A stretch of DNA of 64,000 nt from Armatimonadota bacterium (GCA_013314775.1 JABUFB010000008.1:725036-789035), one strand, 5' to 3'; positions 8,729 through 18,996 are shown, counted from the first letter of the stretch. Numbers and translations are program-made. The notes: generated from the sequence alone by a model not told the origin.

Positions 8729-10285
8729 TCACGACACAGGTTCATCGGCCATCGCTGCCCGCGCCTCGTCGCGCAATTCGCGCTTGAGGATCTTCCCCGT
8801 CGCCGACTTGGGCAGTTCTGGTCGGAACTCCACGAACCTGGGCACCTTGTAATTGGCCAGGTGAGACTTGCAGTGCTCAATGATCTGAGTCGCGTCAAGC
8901 TGCGTGCCCTCTTTGAGGGACACGTAAGCTTTGACGTCCTCTCCGCGAAGTCTGTTCGGGATGCCCACCACCGCGGCCTCGGCCACGGCTTCCAGGCGGT
9001 ATAGGACATCTTCGACCTCGCGGGAATACACGTTCATGCCACCGACGATGATCATATCCTTCTTGCGATCCACGATTCGCAGGTAACCATCAGCATCCAC
9101 CGTGGCCACGTCGCCGGTGAGCAGCCATCCGTCGCGGATTGTTTCCGCAGTGCGCTCCGGGTCGCGCCAGTAGCCCTTCATCACGTTGCGCCCGCGCACG
9201 CACAGTTCGCCGGGCACCCCCACCGGGGCGATGTTGAAGTCGTCGTCCCGGATGGTGACCTCGATTTCCGGCAGTGGTGGCCCGATGGTGCCGATCCTGC
9301 GCGTCCCATCAGTGCGGTTCACGCTGACCACCGGGGAGGCTTCGGTGGGGCCGTAGCCCTCTATCATATATACTCCGAAGCGCCGCTCGAATCCCTTGAG
9401 CACCTCATCGGGCATTGCCGCGCCGCCGGAGACGCCGATGCGCAGACAGGAGAGGTCGAAGTCGCGGTCGGTCTTCATCCCCAGCATCACCGCGTACATG
9501 CTGGGAACTCCCGCGAACACGGTGCAGCGGCGGCTTTCGAGAGTCTCAAGTACTGACAGCGGCGCGAATTTCGGGATCAAGACCGTATGTGCGCCGAGGC
9601 TCAACGGCAGAACCATGCAGACTGTCGCGCCGAAGGAGTGGAACAACGGCAGGACAGTGCCGAACACATCATTCTCGTTCACATCAATGGCCACGGCGCA
9701 TGAGGCTGCGTCGAACACAAGGTTGTCGTGGGTGAGCATGGCGCCTTTGGGCTGGCCCGTGGTTCCGGATGTGTAGATGAGAACCGCCACATCATCCGGA
9801 CGCGCATCATGGACCGGCGGCGCGCTCTGGGGTGGCTTGAGAAGGCCCTCGAAGCTAACCACGTCGTCGAGCCGGCTCGGGCCGCTGATGATGAGCCGTT
9901 TGAGACAGGACACATTCGTGCGGATCGCAGCCATCACCGGCTCCAGCAGGTTCAGACCGATGAGGGTCTCCGCCTCCGCGTTCGCCACGATGTAGGCCAA
10001 CTCTTCAGGCCCCTGGAGACAGTGGAGCGGAACGACAGTCGCCCCAAGCTGCAGGGCGGCGAAGTATGAAATGATGAATTGGGGACAGTTGGGGAACAGA
10101 ATAGCAACGCGCTGATCCGGCCCGACCCCCAGCTCTGCGAGAGATGCCGCGCACGCTCCGACTGCCCGGGAGAGATCAGCATAGGTGAGTGTCTTGTCCT
10201 CGAAACTGACCGCAGGACGTTCAGGGAACCGCGCCGCAGCGGACAGGAAGGTGGCAGTCAAGCTGGCAGGTGGGCATAGGGACAT
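8729..10285 (-). CDS. AMP-dependent synthetase/ligase (long-chain fatty acid--CoA ligase family)
   Basis: AMP-binding signature LIYTSGTTGQPKGAMLTHDNL and the C-terminal GKILKRELR motif. ATG 10285 (MSLCPP...) is preceded by GAGG. The longer ORF reaches 10378. Confidence 0.85.
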   Translation of the reverse strand: MSLCPPASLTATFLSAAARFPERPAVSFEDKTLTYADLSRAVGACAASLAELGVGPDQRVAILFPNCPQFIISYFAALQLGATVVPLHCLQGPEELAYIVANAEAETLIGLNLLEPVMAAIRTNVSCLKRLIISGPSRLDDVVSFEGLLKPPQSAPPVHDARPDDVAVLIYTSGTTGQPKGAMLTHDNLVFDAASCAVAIDVNENDVFGTVLPLFHSFGATVCMVLPLSLGAHTVLIPKFAPLSVLETLESRRCTVFAGVPSMYAVMLGMKTDRDFDLSCLRIGVSGGAAMPDEVLKGFERRFGVYMIEGYGPTEASPVVSVNRTDGTRRIGTIGPPLPEIEVTIRDDDFNIAPVGVPGELCVRGRNVMKGYWRDPERTAETIRDGWLLTGDVATVDADGYLRIVDRKKDMIIVGGMNVYSREVEDVLYRLEAVAEAAVVGIPNRLRGEDVKAYVSLKEGTQLDATQIIEHCKSHLANYKVPRFVEFRPELPKSATGKILKRELRDEARAAMADEPVS

Positions 10286-10705
10286 AGCGCAACCTCGGAC
10301 GCAGGCCCCGCGGGGAAACGCGCCGGACAGCCTGCTCGGTTGGAGCACGGCGGAAGCGTGTTGGCGGACAGGATACACCCTGACTCCGAGCCCGTCAAGG
10401 AAGCGCGGCCGTTGGGCAGGACCGTCGGTTTTGCGGAATGCGTGCCGGCCTCGTACGTGGCCAGCGTTCGCTGCCTGCGGTGTTGGGGCCGTGCCGTGTG
10501 CTATCAGGCTCCGTCAGGAGCTGTCCGCCTGTAGCCCCCGTCGGAAAGGAATCCGGGGGCTTCCGCTCCCGTCTACAGGCTGCCGCCCGCGCCGCGGGCT
10601 GTGGGGCAAGGGCTCACGGCGAACGGCGCCCTGAACGGGTATCCGGCCCCAGCCGGCACACATCCAGCAGAATCGATGCTCGTGAAGCGCCTTCGGCCTG
10701 GCTCT

Positions 10706-11461
10706 TCAGCCCATGTGCGCCCCACCATTGATGTCCAAGATGTTCCCGGTCATATGGGTGCAAAGGTCAGATGCGAGATAGACGCAGGCGCGCCCGATGT
10801 CCTCCACAGTGCCCAATCCCAGCGGAATCTCCGAAGACAACTGGGCGATGCGCTTGTCCCCCACTGTCTCATGCAACAACTCCGTCTCCACGATCCCCGG
10901 CGCAACCGCGTTGACGATAATCCCGTACTTTGCCACGTCCCGGGCCAGGGTCATGGTGAAAGCATTGATCCCTCCCTTGCTCGCGGCATAGTGGACGTGG
11001 CCGTATAATGCGCCTCGCCGGGACACAATGGAAGTCATGTTGATGATGCGCCCGCCGCCAAGGTCACGCATGATCGGCACCGCGGCCCGGCAGCACAGGA
11101 AAGTGGATTTCAGGTTTGTGTCGATGATGAAGTCCCAGTCTTCTTCAGTCATCTCCAGAATCGTCTTCGGCTGGGATGTACCCGCATTATTGACCAGCAC
11201 GTCGAGGGAGCCATATTCGGAGCAGACGGCGTCGAACAGACGGGACACATCATCGGCACGGGAGACGTCGGCCTGGAGGACGAGACATGACACCCCGAAC
11301 TCCCGGACCTGGCTTGCGACCGATTCTGCCTGTTCCGCCGAACTGCGGTGGCAGATGGCGATCGAAGCTCCCTCGCGGGCCATCTCCACGGCGATTCCGC
11401 GGCCAATTCCCCGTGACGCGCCGGTGATCAGCGCCACTTTGTCTTTGAGAAGCATGATCAT
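10706..11461 (-). CDS. SDR-family oxidoreductase (FabG-like 3-oxoacyl-ACP reductase type)
   Basis: TGASRGIGRGIA Rossmann motif, NNAG motif, YAASKGG catalytic motif. Overlaps the upstream gene's stop (ATGA). Confidence 0.85.
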   Translation of the reverse strand: MIMLLKDKVALITGASRGIGRGIAVEMAREGASIAICHRSSAEQAESVASQVREFGVSCLVLQADVSRADDVSRLFDAVCSEYGSLDVLVNNAGTSQPKTILEMTEEDWDFIIDTNLKSTFLCCRAAVPIMRDLGGGRIINMTSIVSRRGALYGHVHYAASKGGINAFTMTLARDVAKYGIIVNAVAPGIVETELLHETVGDKRIAQLSSEIPLGLGTVEDIGRACVYLASDLCTHMTGNILDINGGAHMG

Positions 11462-13482
11462 CTCCTGCCCTTCCGATAGACGAGAACTGCGATAGACTGC
11501 GGGGGTAGGGAGTTGCCCGGTTCGAACCCTGAGAAAGGCGTGGCACCCTCCTCAAACACCCAGCCTTCATGGACTCTGGGCGCGAATTGTACCGGCTCCC
11601 CCGTGTCGTTCCAGCCCACGACCGCCAGGCCGTCGGTGCTCTCGAACCCCTTCACACGGAGGAGGTCGGTGCCCGGCTCGCAGCTGTCCTGGTCGGTGAA
11701 GCGCCCGTTCATGAGAAGCTCGGGCCAGCGCTCCCGCAGGGCAATAAGACGCCGCATATACTCGCCGTAGGCGGGGGCATCGCGCAGGTCTCCACGGCAG
11801 CGCCAGATCTCCACATCGAAGATCCAGCCATGGGTAAATGCCCAGTGCATCCGGCGCTCGTGATCGCGCTCGTCGCGGATCTCACGGGTGCTCAGGATGA
11901 TCTCGGGGAAGGTGTAAAGGAACAGCTCCGGCAGCGCCTGCGGCCCTGGAGACATGCCGTAAGTGCAAGTGTGAACGTAGTCCGCGTGGCGCACCAGGCA
12001 GTCGGAGACCAGTTCAGTCCCGAAGGCCAGGCCGGGCCGCGGATCGACCACCCGCCGGCGCATCTCCTTCATGTTCCGGTCCTTGCCCGGCCCTTGGGCA
12101 AATGCCGGGCCCGGATGCGGGTGGGATTTGTCGAAACACAGGTACGGGACATGTCCGCCCATCTGATCGAAGAAGATGGAATCCGCGCCCAGGTCGGCCA
12201 TGCGCAGACCGATCTCGATGAGCTTCTCGCGCCACTCATCCGTTGACTGGCACGCGGCCGCGAACGACTTGGCGCCGAAGTTCCGCAGATAGGTCCCGTC
12301 GCCCGAGAACTTGTAGTGCTCCCGGTACTCGCTTCCCTGGGAAGTCTTCAGCGAAATGCGCTGCCCCACGCTCTTGTAGAAGTCCGTGTCCACGTCGATG
12401 ATGTGTCCGTTGGCGTAGAGCAAGATCCGGCCGCCGCGTCTGCGCACCTCGGCGATGGCGTCGCGCAGGGCTTGTTCGCCCCCTAGCTCCTCGTCGGCGA
12501 GGTACTCCGGGTAACCGTTGTCATGTCCGCCCCGGAACCAGCCGAAGACCAGCAGAGCGTCGATTCCATACTTCCGCCCTGCTTCGAAGCAGTCAACGAG
12601 GTCCGCGTACCGATAGAAAATCTCGCCATACTGGTGCTTCATGATGATCCGTTGCCAGCCGTGCATGCGGTTGACCCAGTCCGGCCGGGCGGGCTGCGAC
12701 CACCAGACCTTGTCCACCCAGGAACGGTAGAAACGGGCGTCCGTGTGCCAGTCGCCGCGATGCAGGCGGACTACGGAGAGCGGAGCATCCCAGCGCCCGG
12801 ATTCGGTAAAGGGGTATCGTGCGATTCCGGCGGACATCTTGCCGGTGGGGGTGTCCAGCACCTGCAGGAGACCCGTCGTCTGGAACGACGCGTCCAGTGA
12901 GAAGATGGACATCGATGCCCGCTGACCGTAAATGCCGAACCAGGGCATGCTCATGGGCCCGCCCGGATAGAAGCCGCAGTCAAGGATGTGAACCTGATCG
13001 GGGGCCATGTATCCGGTATGCAGGGAAGCCAGGTGCGCCTTCGGGTTGGGTATCCGCCTGCCGAAACCTTCCGGGCGAATGAGAAGATCGCGGGACGGGT
13101 CATCAGACAGGCCTGTGAACAGCCCGATGAGCGGGAACCAGAACTCCTCCACCGTGATGCTGCCGGGGTTGTCCAGCGAGGCGCGGCATTCCAGGCAGTC
13201 GCCGATGATGCGGAACGTCAGCTGAACCGCGAGGGGTACGGGTGCGCCGCCCAGCGAAACGCCATCGTAGACGGCGGCGAGCATATCTTCTTGCTTCTCA
13301 ACGCGCGCGGCAAGAATCGGGTAATCTGCGGCCGCTTCGTGCCGGTTGCCCTTGCCCGCGATGATGCGGAACAGGCCGCGGTCGCCGCTAATCAGCGCCT
13401 CCTCGCCGGGGAATCCGAGTTCGAAACGGGCCCCGTCTTCGCTGACCGCGAACCGGATGTGGCTACTTTGTATCTCGAGCAT
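11458..13482 (-). CDS. Large putative glycoside-hydrolase-like protein (GHL-type TIM barrel, unassigned family)
   Basis: 675 aa. Central segment DALLVFGWFRGGHDNGYPEY..ILLYANGH resembles hypothetical GH-like (GHL) TIM-barrel families. GAGGTGA RBS lies 9 nt upstream of ATG 13482. Confidence 0.45.
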   Translation of the reverse strand: MLEIQSSHIRFAVSEDGARFELGFPGEEALISGDRGLFRIIAGKGNRHEAAADYPILAARVEKQEDMLAAVYDGVSLGGAPVPLAVQLTFRIIGDCLECRASLDNPGSITVEEFWFPLIGLFTGLSDDPSRDLLIRPEGFGRRIPNPKAHLASLHTGYMAPDQVHILDCGFYPGGPMSMPWFGIYGQRASMSIFSLDASFQTTGLLQVLDTPTGKMSAGIARYPFTESGRWDAPLSVVRLHRGDWHTDARFYRSWVDKVWWSQPARPDWVNRMHGWQRIIMKHQYGEIFYRYADLVDCFEAGRKYGIDALLVFGWFRGGHDNGYPEYLADEELGGEQALRDAIAEVRRRGGRILLYANGHIIDVDTDFYKSVGQRISLKTSQGSEYREHYKFSGDGTYLRNFGAKSFAAACQSTDEWREKLIEIGLRMADLGADSIFFDQMGGHVPYLCFDKSHPHPGPAFAQGPGKDRNMKEMRRRVVDPRPGLAFGTELVSDCLVRHADYVHTCTYGMSPGPQALPELFLYTFPEIILSTREIRDERDHERRMHWAFTHGWIFDVEIWRCRGDLRDAPAYGEYMRRLIALRERWPELLMNGRFTDQDSCEPGTDLLRVKGFESTDGLAVVGWNDTGEPVQFAPRVHEGWVFEEGATPFSGFEPGNSLPPQSIAVLVYRKGRR

Positions 13483-13562
13483 CGTCCAATCACCTCGCCG
13501 GGTAGGTTCGTCCCCGGGGGAAGGCAATCCTGCGCGCAAGGCGAAATGACGGATGCAAACCG

Positions 13563-14381
13563 ATGCTGCGAACCTGCGCCGCGCACCGAAAGGGGATCAG
13601 GCCCTTGTCTGACCAACCCACTCTCCGAGAGCGCATTCTGAGTGGCCCCACACTCTACGGGCCATCATTGACGTCTGCATCGCCGGCCGCCGTGGAGATA
13701 GCGGCGCTGGCGGGTTGCGATTTCGTCTGGCTTGAGGTGGAACACTCTTCGCTGGACGTCATGCAGCTGGAGCACCTGTGCCGGGCGGCCGAACTCCACG
13801 GAATCCTTTCACTGGCCCGCACGGCGGACCCCAGCCGCCCCTGGATTCTTCGCCCCCTGGAGGCAGGGGCGAAGATCGTCCTCGTGCCCCAGGTCCATAC
13901 GGTTGAGCAGGCAGCGGCGGTGGCTGAGTGGGCCAAGTTCCCACCTCTGGGCAAGCGCGGGTACAATACGGGCAGTCGCGGCCTGGGTTACGGCGCCATG
14001 GCGACCACTCCCAATGAGATCCTGGACAAGGCCAATCGTGAGACGGTGTTGCTGGTCCAGATCGAGTCCCAGGAGGCACTGGACAACGTGGAGGGCATCG
14101 CGGCGATTGAAGGAGTGGATGGGCTGTTCTACGGGCCGGGTGACATGTCGCTGGACAAGGGCATTCCCTCAGACTGGGACAATGAAGAGCTTCTCGCGGC
14201 TGGAGAACACATCATCCGGACCGCCCGAGCCAACAGGAAGATATCCTCGAGCACCTGCCCCACCATGAACATGGCTGCCCGATGGAAGCAGGCAGGCGCG
14301 AACATGCTGGTCGTAGGTGGCGAACTGGGCCTGCTGCGGAAGGCTTTCATGGATCGCGTGGCCGAAGTCCGCGCACTGTAG
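13563..14381 (+). CDS. HpcH/HpaI-family 2-keto-3-deoxy-acid aldolase
   Basis: Family-typical ...SPAAVEIAALAGCDFVWLEVEHS..., ...VPQVHTVEQAAA... and ...VLLVQIESQEALDNVEGIAAIEGVDGLFYGPGDMS.... An alternative TTG start at 13605 carries an AAGGGGA RBS. Confidence 0.75.
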   Translation: MLRTCAAHRKGIRPLSDQPTLRERILSGPTLYGPSLTSASPAAVEIAALAGCDFVWLEVEHSSLDVMQLEHLCRAAELHGILSLARTADPSRPWILRPLEAGAKIVLVPQVHTVEQAAAVAEWAKFPPLGKRGYNTGSRGLGYGAMATTPNEILDKANRETVLLVQIESQEALDNVEGIAAIEGVDGLFYGPGDMSLDKGIPSDWDNEELLAAGEHIIRTARANRKISSSTCPTMNMAARWKQAGANMLVVGGELGLLRKAFMDRVAEVRAL

Positions 14382-14460
14382 GCTGCTCGACACGGACGAG
14401 AGAGCCCGCCTTCCCAGACCGAAGGCGGGCTCCTATGTGTGTCCGATCGGGTTGAATGCG

Positions 14461-17400
14461 TCAGTCGAACAGGCTGACGATTGCGCTGACGACCCAGAAC
14501 GAGTCACGGAGGGTGCGCCAGAGGTCTCCACGTGCCGGTGCGCGCGGCGGGACATAGAAAATGTCGCCGGGCTTCACCTTGACCGGGTCCGGCACCTTCC
14601 CCTGCCGCAGTTTGGCGAGGTTGATCTCGGTGTGTTCCGTGGTCCCGTCGGGACGCTTCCGGATCATGATCACGCGCTGTTGAGCGCCCGGCGCGAGGGC
14701 AGCGCGGCTGACAATGTCCATGATGCCCCATTCCGGGTCCAGCGGATACGGCCCCGGACGCCCCACGGCGCCCAGCACGTAGATCTCGTCCATTGCCGGC
14801 ACAACCACCACATCGCCGGGCTGCAGGTCCATGGTCTGATCCAGCGCACCCTCGTCCTGCAGGAGCCTCAGGTCCCTGTAGATCGGCTCCTGATCCGGGC
14901 GGTACACGGTCACGCGGGTCAGATCGGCAGTGGCGAGGGGCTGCATGAGCGTGACCACTCGCAGCAGGTCGCGGTTGGCCTTCTCGCGGATATTCACGGC
15001 GCCATTGCGCTGCAGGGCACCGAGGACCATGATGTTATTGACATCGTCCGTCGGCACATAAACCAGATCGCCGGGCTGGAGTTCGAGGTTCTGGGTCATG
15101 TCGCCCTCTTCGACAAGGGCGCGGTAATTGCGGACGATGGCTTCCCCGTCACGATAGATGGTTACGCGGTCCAGGCCGCCTTCGGGATTGGGTGAGGCCA
15201 GAGGCAGCAAGCGTACCAGGTCGCGCTCCTTCGCTCCGTGGATGCTGATCGCGCCGGGCCTCGCCACCTCGCCCGCGAACACCACCGTTTCGGTCGCCAT
15301 GGGCACGTGTACGATATCCCCCGGCTCGAGCATCATGTTCTGCGACGTGTCGCCCTCTTCCTCGAGCCGCGTGAGGTCGCGGACGATTCTCTCGCCCTTG
15401 CGGTAGACGCTGACCCGCGACAGATCGGCGGTGGGCCGATTCGGCCCCGCGAAGGTGACCGTAGCGAACAGGTCATTGCTGCGCCCGACTTCCTGGGGCA
15501 CAACGCCGGAGCGCATGACCTGGCCGGTGATGATGATGCTCCCCGTGCCAAGCTGGGGCACGAGCACCCGGTCGCCGTCTTCGAGAAGCAGTGTCTGGCT
15601 GGTGTCGCCCTGGTCGAAGTAAGCGCGCAGGTTTCGCACGATCACCTCATCGCCCCGATGGACGGTGACATTGGTCAGATCGGCCATGGGGTCCCAGCCC
15701 GCAGCGGTCACTACCCGGGCGAGATCGCGCTGCTCTTCGGTCACCAATTCGATGGTCCCGCGACGCTGGACGGCGCCGGTGATGAGGACGCTCACGGTGT
15801 CCAGGCCCGGGACGAGAATGCGGTCGCCGGGCAGGACCTCGGCATCCACCGGCACCGGCACACCTTCCTCCACTAGACCCTTCAGGTTGTACACGAACTG
15901 CTCGTCACCCCGGAACACTGTGACTCGCTTCAGGTCCGCATTGGGCAGCGGGCCGGATGCCAGCAAGGTATCCACCAGCCTGCGGTTCTCGGGGTCGGAG
16001 ACCCGCACCTGCCCCGCTCGTTGGACCGCGCCAGTGATGAGCGCCGTCCCGCGGTCGATGGGGATGACCACGAGGTCGCCGTCTTCCAGCTGGAGGGTCT
16101 GCGAGGTGTCGCCCTCGTACAGGTACGCCTGAACGTCGCGGGTGATCTTCTCACCGCCGCGATGCACCGTCACCCGGCGCAGGTCGGCGAAAGGAGCCGG
16201 TCCGGATGCGGCGATGAGCCGGGCAAGGTCCCGGGTATCCTCGTCGCCAAGGGCAAGGACGCCGGTGCGTCCTGCGGCGCCGGCCAGGAGAATACTGTCC
16301 TCGTATGCCGGGACCTTGATGATATCGCCGTCCTCCAGCAGGAAGCTCTGGGACAGGTCGCCGGTCTCGTATAGTTTTTTCAGGTCACGCTTGATCTGCT
16401 GTTCGCCCCGGAAGATAGTGACCCTGGACAGATCGGCGTTGGGCATCGGCCCGGCGAGAGTGACCACGCGCAGGAGATCGCGCTGTTTGTCATCGAAGAG
16501 CTGGATGCTGCCGGATCGGGCGACCGCGCCCATGACAAGGACGGTATGCTCAACGCGCGGCACCACCACCACGTCGCCATCCTCAAGCTGCAGTGAGTAG
16601 GCTTCCAGCCCGGTTTCGATGAAGGCCTTGATGTCGCGCTCCGTGGTATTGCCGCCGCGATGGACCTTGACGCGGGTGAGGTCGGCGTTGGGCAGCGGCC
16701 CGGCAAGGGTAACCAGGCGGGCCAGGTCACTCCGCGGGTCATCCGCAACGGTGAGCAGCCCCGCCTGGGCCACCGCACCGGTGATCAGAATATTGCGCAG
16801 CTCGCGGGCGGGGACCGTGATGATGTCTCCGGGCTCGACATACATGGACTGGGTGCGGTCGCCGTCTTGGATCATCGCCAGCAGGTTGCGGACGATCTTG
16901 TTCTGCCCGCGGTGGACGGTAACGTGTTCGAGATCGGCCTGGGGCAGAGGTCCGGCGGCCAAGATCAGGCTCGCGAGGTCGCGGTCAAGCGTTGGCACAA
17001 GCCTCAGCACTCCGCCTCGGCTCAGCGCACCAGTGAGCATGATGCTGTCTTCGACCACGGGGACGCGGATCATGTCCCCGTCTTCCAGGGCGAGAGTGGC
17101 CTGGCGATTGCCTTCCTCGATGTACGGTTTCACATTGACCAGAATCTGTTTGCCACCACGGCTAACCATGACCCGGGTCAAGTCGGCATAGGGCAGCGGA
17201 CCAGACATGAGGATCAGGCGGCCAAGATCGCGCCAGTCATCATCCACGAGGCGCACGATCCCGCCGCGCTCTACGGCGCCTGACAGAACCACGTTCTCGT
17301 CGATCTCCGGCACAACAATGACATCCCCGTCTTCCACAGGGATGCTGTTTTCCATGCGGCCTTCGTCCACCGCGGCCTGCAGATCGCGGATGATGGTCTC

Positions 17401-18996
17401 GCCATTGCGGTGGATGGTGACGCGTCTGAGATTGGAGCCCGTGCCCGGTCCGGAGACGGTGACGATGCGCAGAAGGTCGTGGTCTTCGTCCCGCGCGATC
17501 TGGAGCACTCCCTGGCGGGATACTGCGCCGGTCACAAGCACGCTGTCAACCTCCCGTGCGGGCACCATAACCATGTCGCCGGGTTGGAGGTCGAGATTCT
17601 GAGACAGGTCGCCTTCGTCCATGAGCGCCTGCAGATTGCGGACTATGGTCTCCTTGCCGCGATAGACGGTGACCCGGGTGAGGTCACTCATGGGGCCCGG
17701 GCCGGCGGTTGTGATGATGCGCAGCAGGTCGCGCTCGGTCACCCCGCGCAGGTTGAAAGTCCCGGTTCGCCCCAGCGCTCCCATGACCAGCAGCGTCTGG
17801 GAGACCCCTTCGGGAATCACCAGCACGTCACCGGGCAGCAGCGAGGATTCATCGGGGGCCTGACCAGCTTCGATGAACCGCTGCAGGTCTACACTGATGC
17901 TCTTGCCGGCCCGGATGATCTCCGCGCGGCTCAGATCCGCGGTGGCAGTGGGGCCGCCGGCGGCTGCCAGGCCCTGCAGGACGGGGATGGGGCTCCCCAT
18001 GCGGAAGACTTGAGGGGTGTTGACCTGTCCGACCACCGAAATGCTGCCGGCCTCGTGCACCACCAGTACATCCCCGCCGCGGAGCACATGGTTCTGGCTG
18101 GTACTGCCGCCCTTGAGCAGCGCGTTCAGGTCGATCTCAAGCGGGTCGGAATCGGCACGCAGGAGGATGGCGCGGGAGCGGTCGGCAATGGGAGAGAAGC
18201 CCTGGGACATGCGCAGGGCGTCAAGCACCCGCACTTCGCGGTCCACGGGGAGCAGGAGACTGCCGGGGGCCTGAACCTCCCCGAGGATCATGACTTCCTC
18301 GCGCACCCGAGGAACATAGACGGTGTCGCCATATTCCAGGCGATGTTCGTGCCCAAGACCGCCTTCACCTCGAAGGCCGCTGCAATCTACTTCGATGGGC
18401 TTACCGCCCGGGTGTGTGAGGCGCACCCGGCGCAAGTCAGCGTACGGGCCGGGACCGGCGGCGGCCACGGCGTCGGTGAGCGTGGAGCCAAAGGGCAAGG
18501 TGACCGCCCCGTTGCGGGACAGTTCGCCGGACACGTACACCTTGCGGATGGAATTGATCTCGTCCACGGTCACCTTGACCGACGGTTTTCGTACGAGCGT
18601 GCTGAGACGTTTGACCAAGAACGCCTCGGCTTCGCGCAGGGTCATCCCGCGCAAGCCGACCTGGCCGAGGAGGGGCATGGGGATGGATCCACCGGGGCCA
18701 ATGCGCGCGGCGGTGGAGAGCGTGGGCTCGTTGAAGACCACTATCTGCACCACATCGCCGGCGCTGAGCCGATAGTCGGTATCCACGGAAAAGCGGGGCG
18801 TGAGGGAGCGCACCGGCCCGGCCCCCGCTGTCCGGGACTTTGCTGAGGAGGCAGCCTGCGCGAGCGCTGTATCGCGGGAGGCCTGGTCGTCTTTGAGACT
18901 TGCCGCACAGGCGGTTCCAGCGCTGCAAGATACCAGGAGGGCGACGAGAAGGGCAACCCTTCCGAAGCCGGCCCTAGACGTGGCCCTGCGGAACAT
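14461..18996 (-). CDS. Giant Wza/KpsD-like polysaccharide export protein: signal peptide, N-terminal Poly_export (PES) domain, then about 16 tandem SLBB (soluble-ligand-binding beta-grasp) repeats
   Basis: Signal peptide MFRRATSRAGFGRVALLVALLVSCSAGTACAAS. PES domain YRLSAGDVVQIVVFNEP...LGQVGLRGMTLREAEAFL. About 75-aa units recur (DL.RV.V.RG...IVRNL.AL..EGD.SQN..L.PGD.V.VP....SVLVTGAV.R.G). GGGAGG lies 7 nt upstream of ATG 18996; the 45 codons upstream of this ATG in the ORF track have no RBS. Confidence 0.85.
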   Translation of the reverse strand: MFRRATSRAGFGRVALLVALLVSCSAGTACAASLKDDQASRDTALAQAASSAKSRTAGAGPVRSLTPRFSVDTDYRLSAGDVVQIVVFNEPTLSTAARIGPGGSIPMPLLGQVGLRGMTLREAEAFLVKRLSTLVRKPSVKVTVDEINSIRKVYVSGELSRNGAVTLPFGSTLTDAVAAAGPGPYADLRRVRLTHPGGKPIEVDCSGLRGEGGLGHEHRLEYGDTVYVPRVREEVMILGEVQAPGSLLLPVDREVRVLDALRMSQGFSPIADRSRAILLRADSDPLEIDLNALLKGGSTSQNHVLRGGDVLVVHEAGSISVVGQVNTPQVFRMGSPIPVLQGLAAAGGPTATADLSRAEIIRAGKSISVDLQRFIEAGQAPDESSLLPGDVLVIPEGVSQTLLVMGALGRTGTFNLRGVTERDLLRIITTAGPGPMSDLTRVTVYRGKETIVRNLQALMDEGDLSQNLDLQPGDMVMVPAREVDSVLVTGAVSRQGVLQIARDEDHDLLRIVTVSGPGTGSNLRRVTIHRNGETIIRDLQAAVDEGRMENSIPVEDGDVIVVPEIDENVVLSGAVERGGIVRLVDDDWRDLGRLILMSGPLPYADLTRVMVSRGGKQILVNVKPYIEEGNRQATLALEDGDMIRVPVVEDSIMLTGALSRGGVLRLVPTLDRDLASLILAAGPLPQADLEHVTVHRGQNKIVRNLLAMIQDGDRTQSMYVEPGDIITVPARELRNILITGAVAQAGLLTVADDPRSDLARLVTLAGPLPNADLTRVKVHRGGNTTERDIKAFIETGLEAYSLQLEDGDVVVVPRVEHTVLVMGAVARSGSIQLFDDKQRDLLRVVTLAGPMPNADLSRVTIFRGEQQIKRDLKKLYETGDLSQSFLLEDGDIIKVPAYEDSILLAGAAGRTGVLALGDEDTRDLARLIAASGPAPFADLRRVTVHRGGEKITRDVQAYLYEGDTSQTLQLEDGDLVVIPIDRGTALITGAVQRAGQVRVSDPENRRLVDTLLASGPLPNADLKRVTVFRGDEQFVYNLKGLVEEGVPVPVDAEVLPGDRILVPGLDTVSVLITGAVQRRGTIELVTEEQRDLARVVTAAGWDPMADLTNVTVHRGDEVIVRNLRAYFDQGDTSQTLLLEDGDRVLVPQLGTGSIIITGQVMRSGVVPQEVGRSNDLFATVTFAGPNRPTADLSRVSVYRKGERIVRDLTRLEEEGDTSQNMMLEPGDIVHVPMATETVVFAGEVARPGAISIHGAKERDLVRLLPLASPNPEGGLDRVTIYRDGEAIVRNYRALVEEGDMTQNLELQPGDLVYVPTDDVNNIMVLGALQRNGAVNIREKANRDLLRVVTLMQPLATADLTRVTVYRPDQEPIYRDLRLLQDEGALDQTMDLQPGDVVVVPAMDEIYVLGAVGRPGPYPLDPEWGIMDIVSRAALAPGAQQRVIMIRKRPDGTTEHTEINLAKLRQGKVPDPVKVKPGDIFYVPPRAPARGDLWRTLRDSFWVVSAIVSLFD
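14634..18564 (-). repeat. Divergent tandem coding repeats (about 225 bp period, roughly 16 copies) encoding the SLBB modules of the exporter
   Basis: The (E/P)GD..(V/I)VP and TGAV.R.G motifs recur every 73-78 aa in the translation. The DNA copies are diverged rather than identical. Confidence 0.75.

Noticed and set aside
10286-10705. Possible regulatory RNA in the 0.4-kb spacer between the SDR and acyl-CoA ligase genes (palindromes such as CTGTAGCCCCCG...CGGGGGCTTC...GTCTACAG)
   Set aside because: The spacer length depends on which ligase start is used (10285 versus 10378). The palindromes can be explained as a terminator/promoter pair within an operon. No conserved riboswitch motif was recognised.
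11513-11535. tRNA-like T-loop sequence CGGTTCGAACCCTG
   Set aside because: It lies inside the C-terminal coding region of the GH-like gene, has no flanking acceptor or anticodon arms, and GGTTCGAACC is simply a palindrome.
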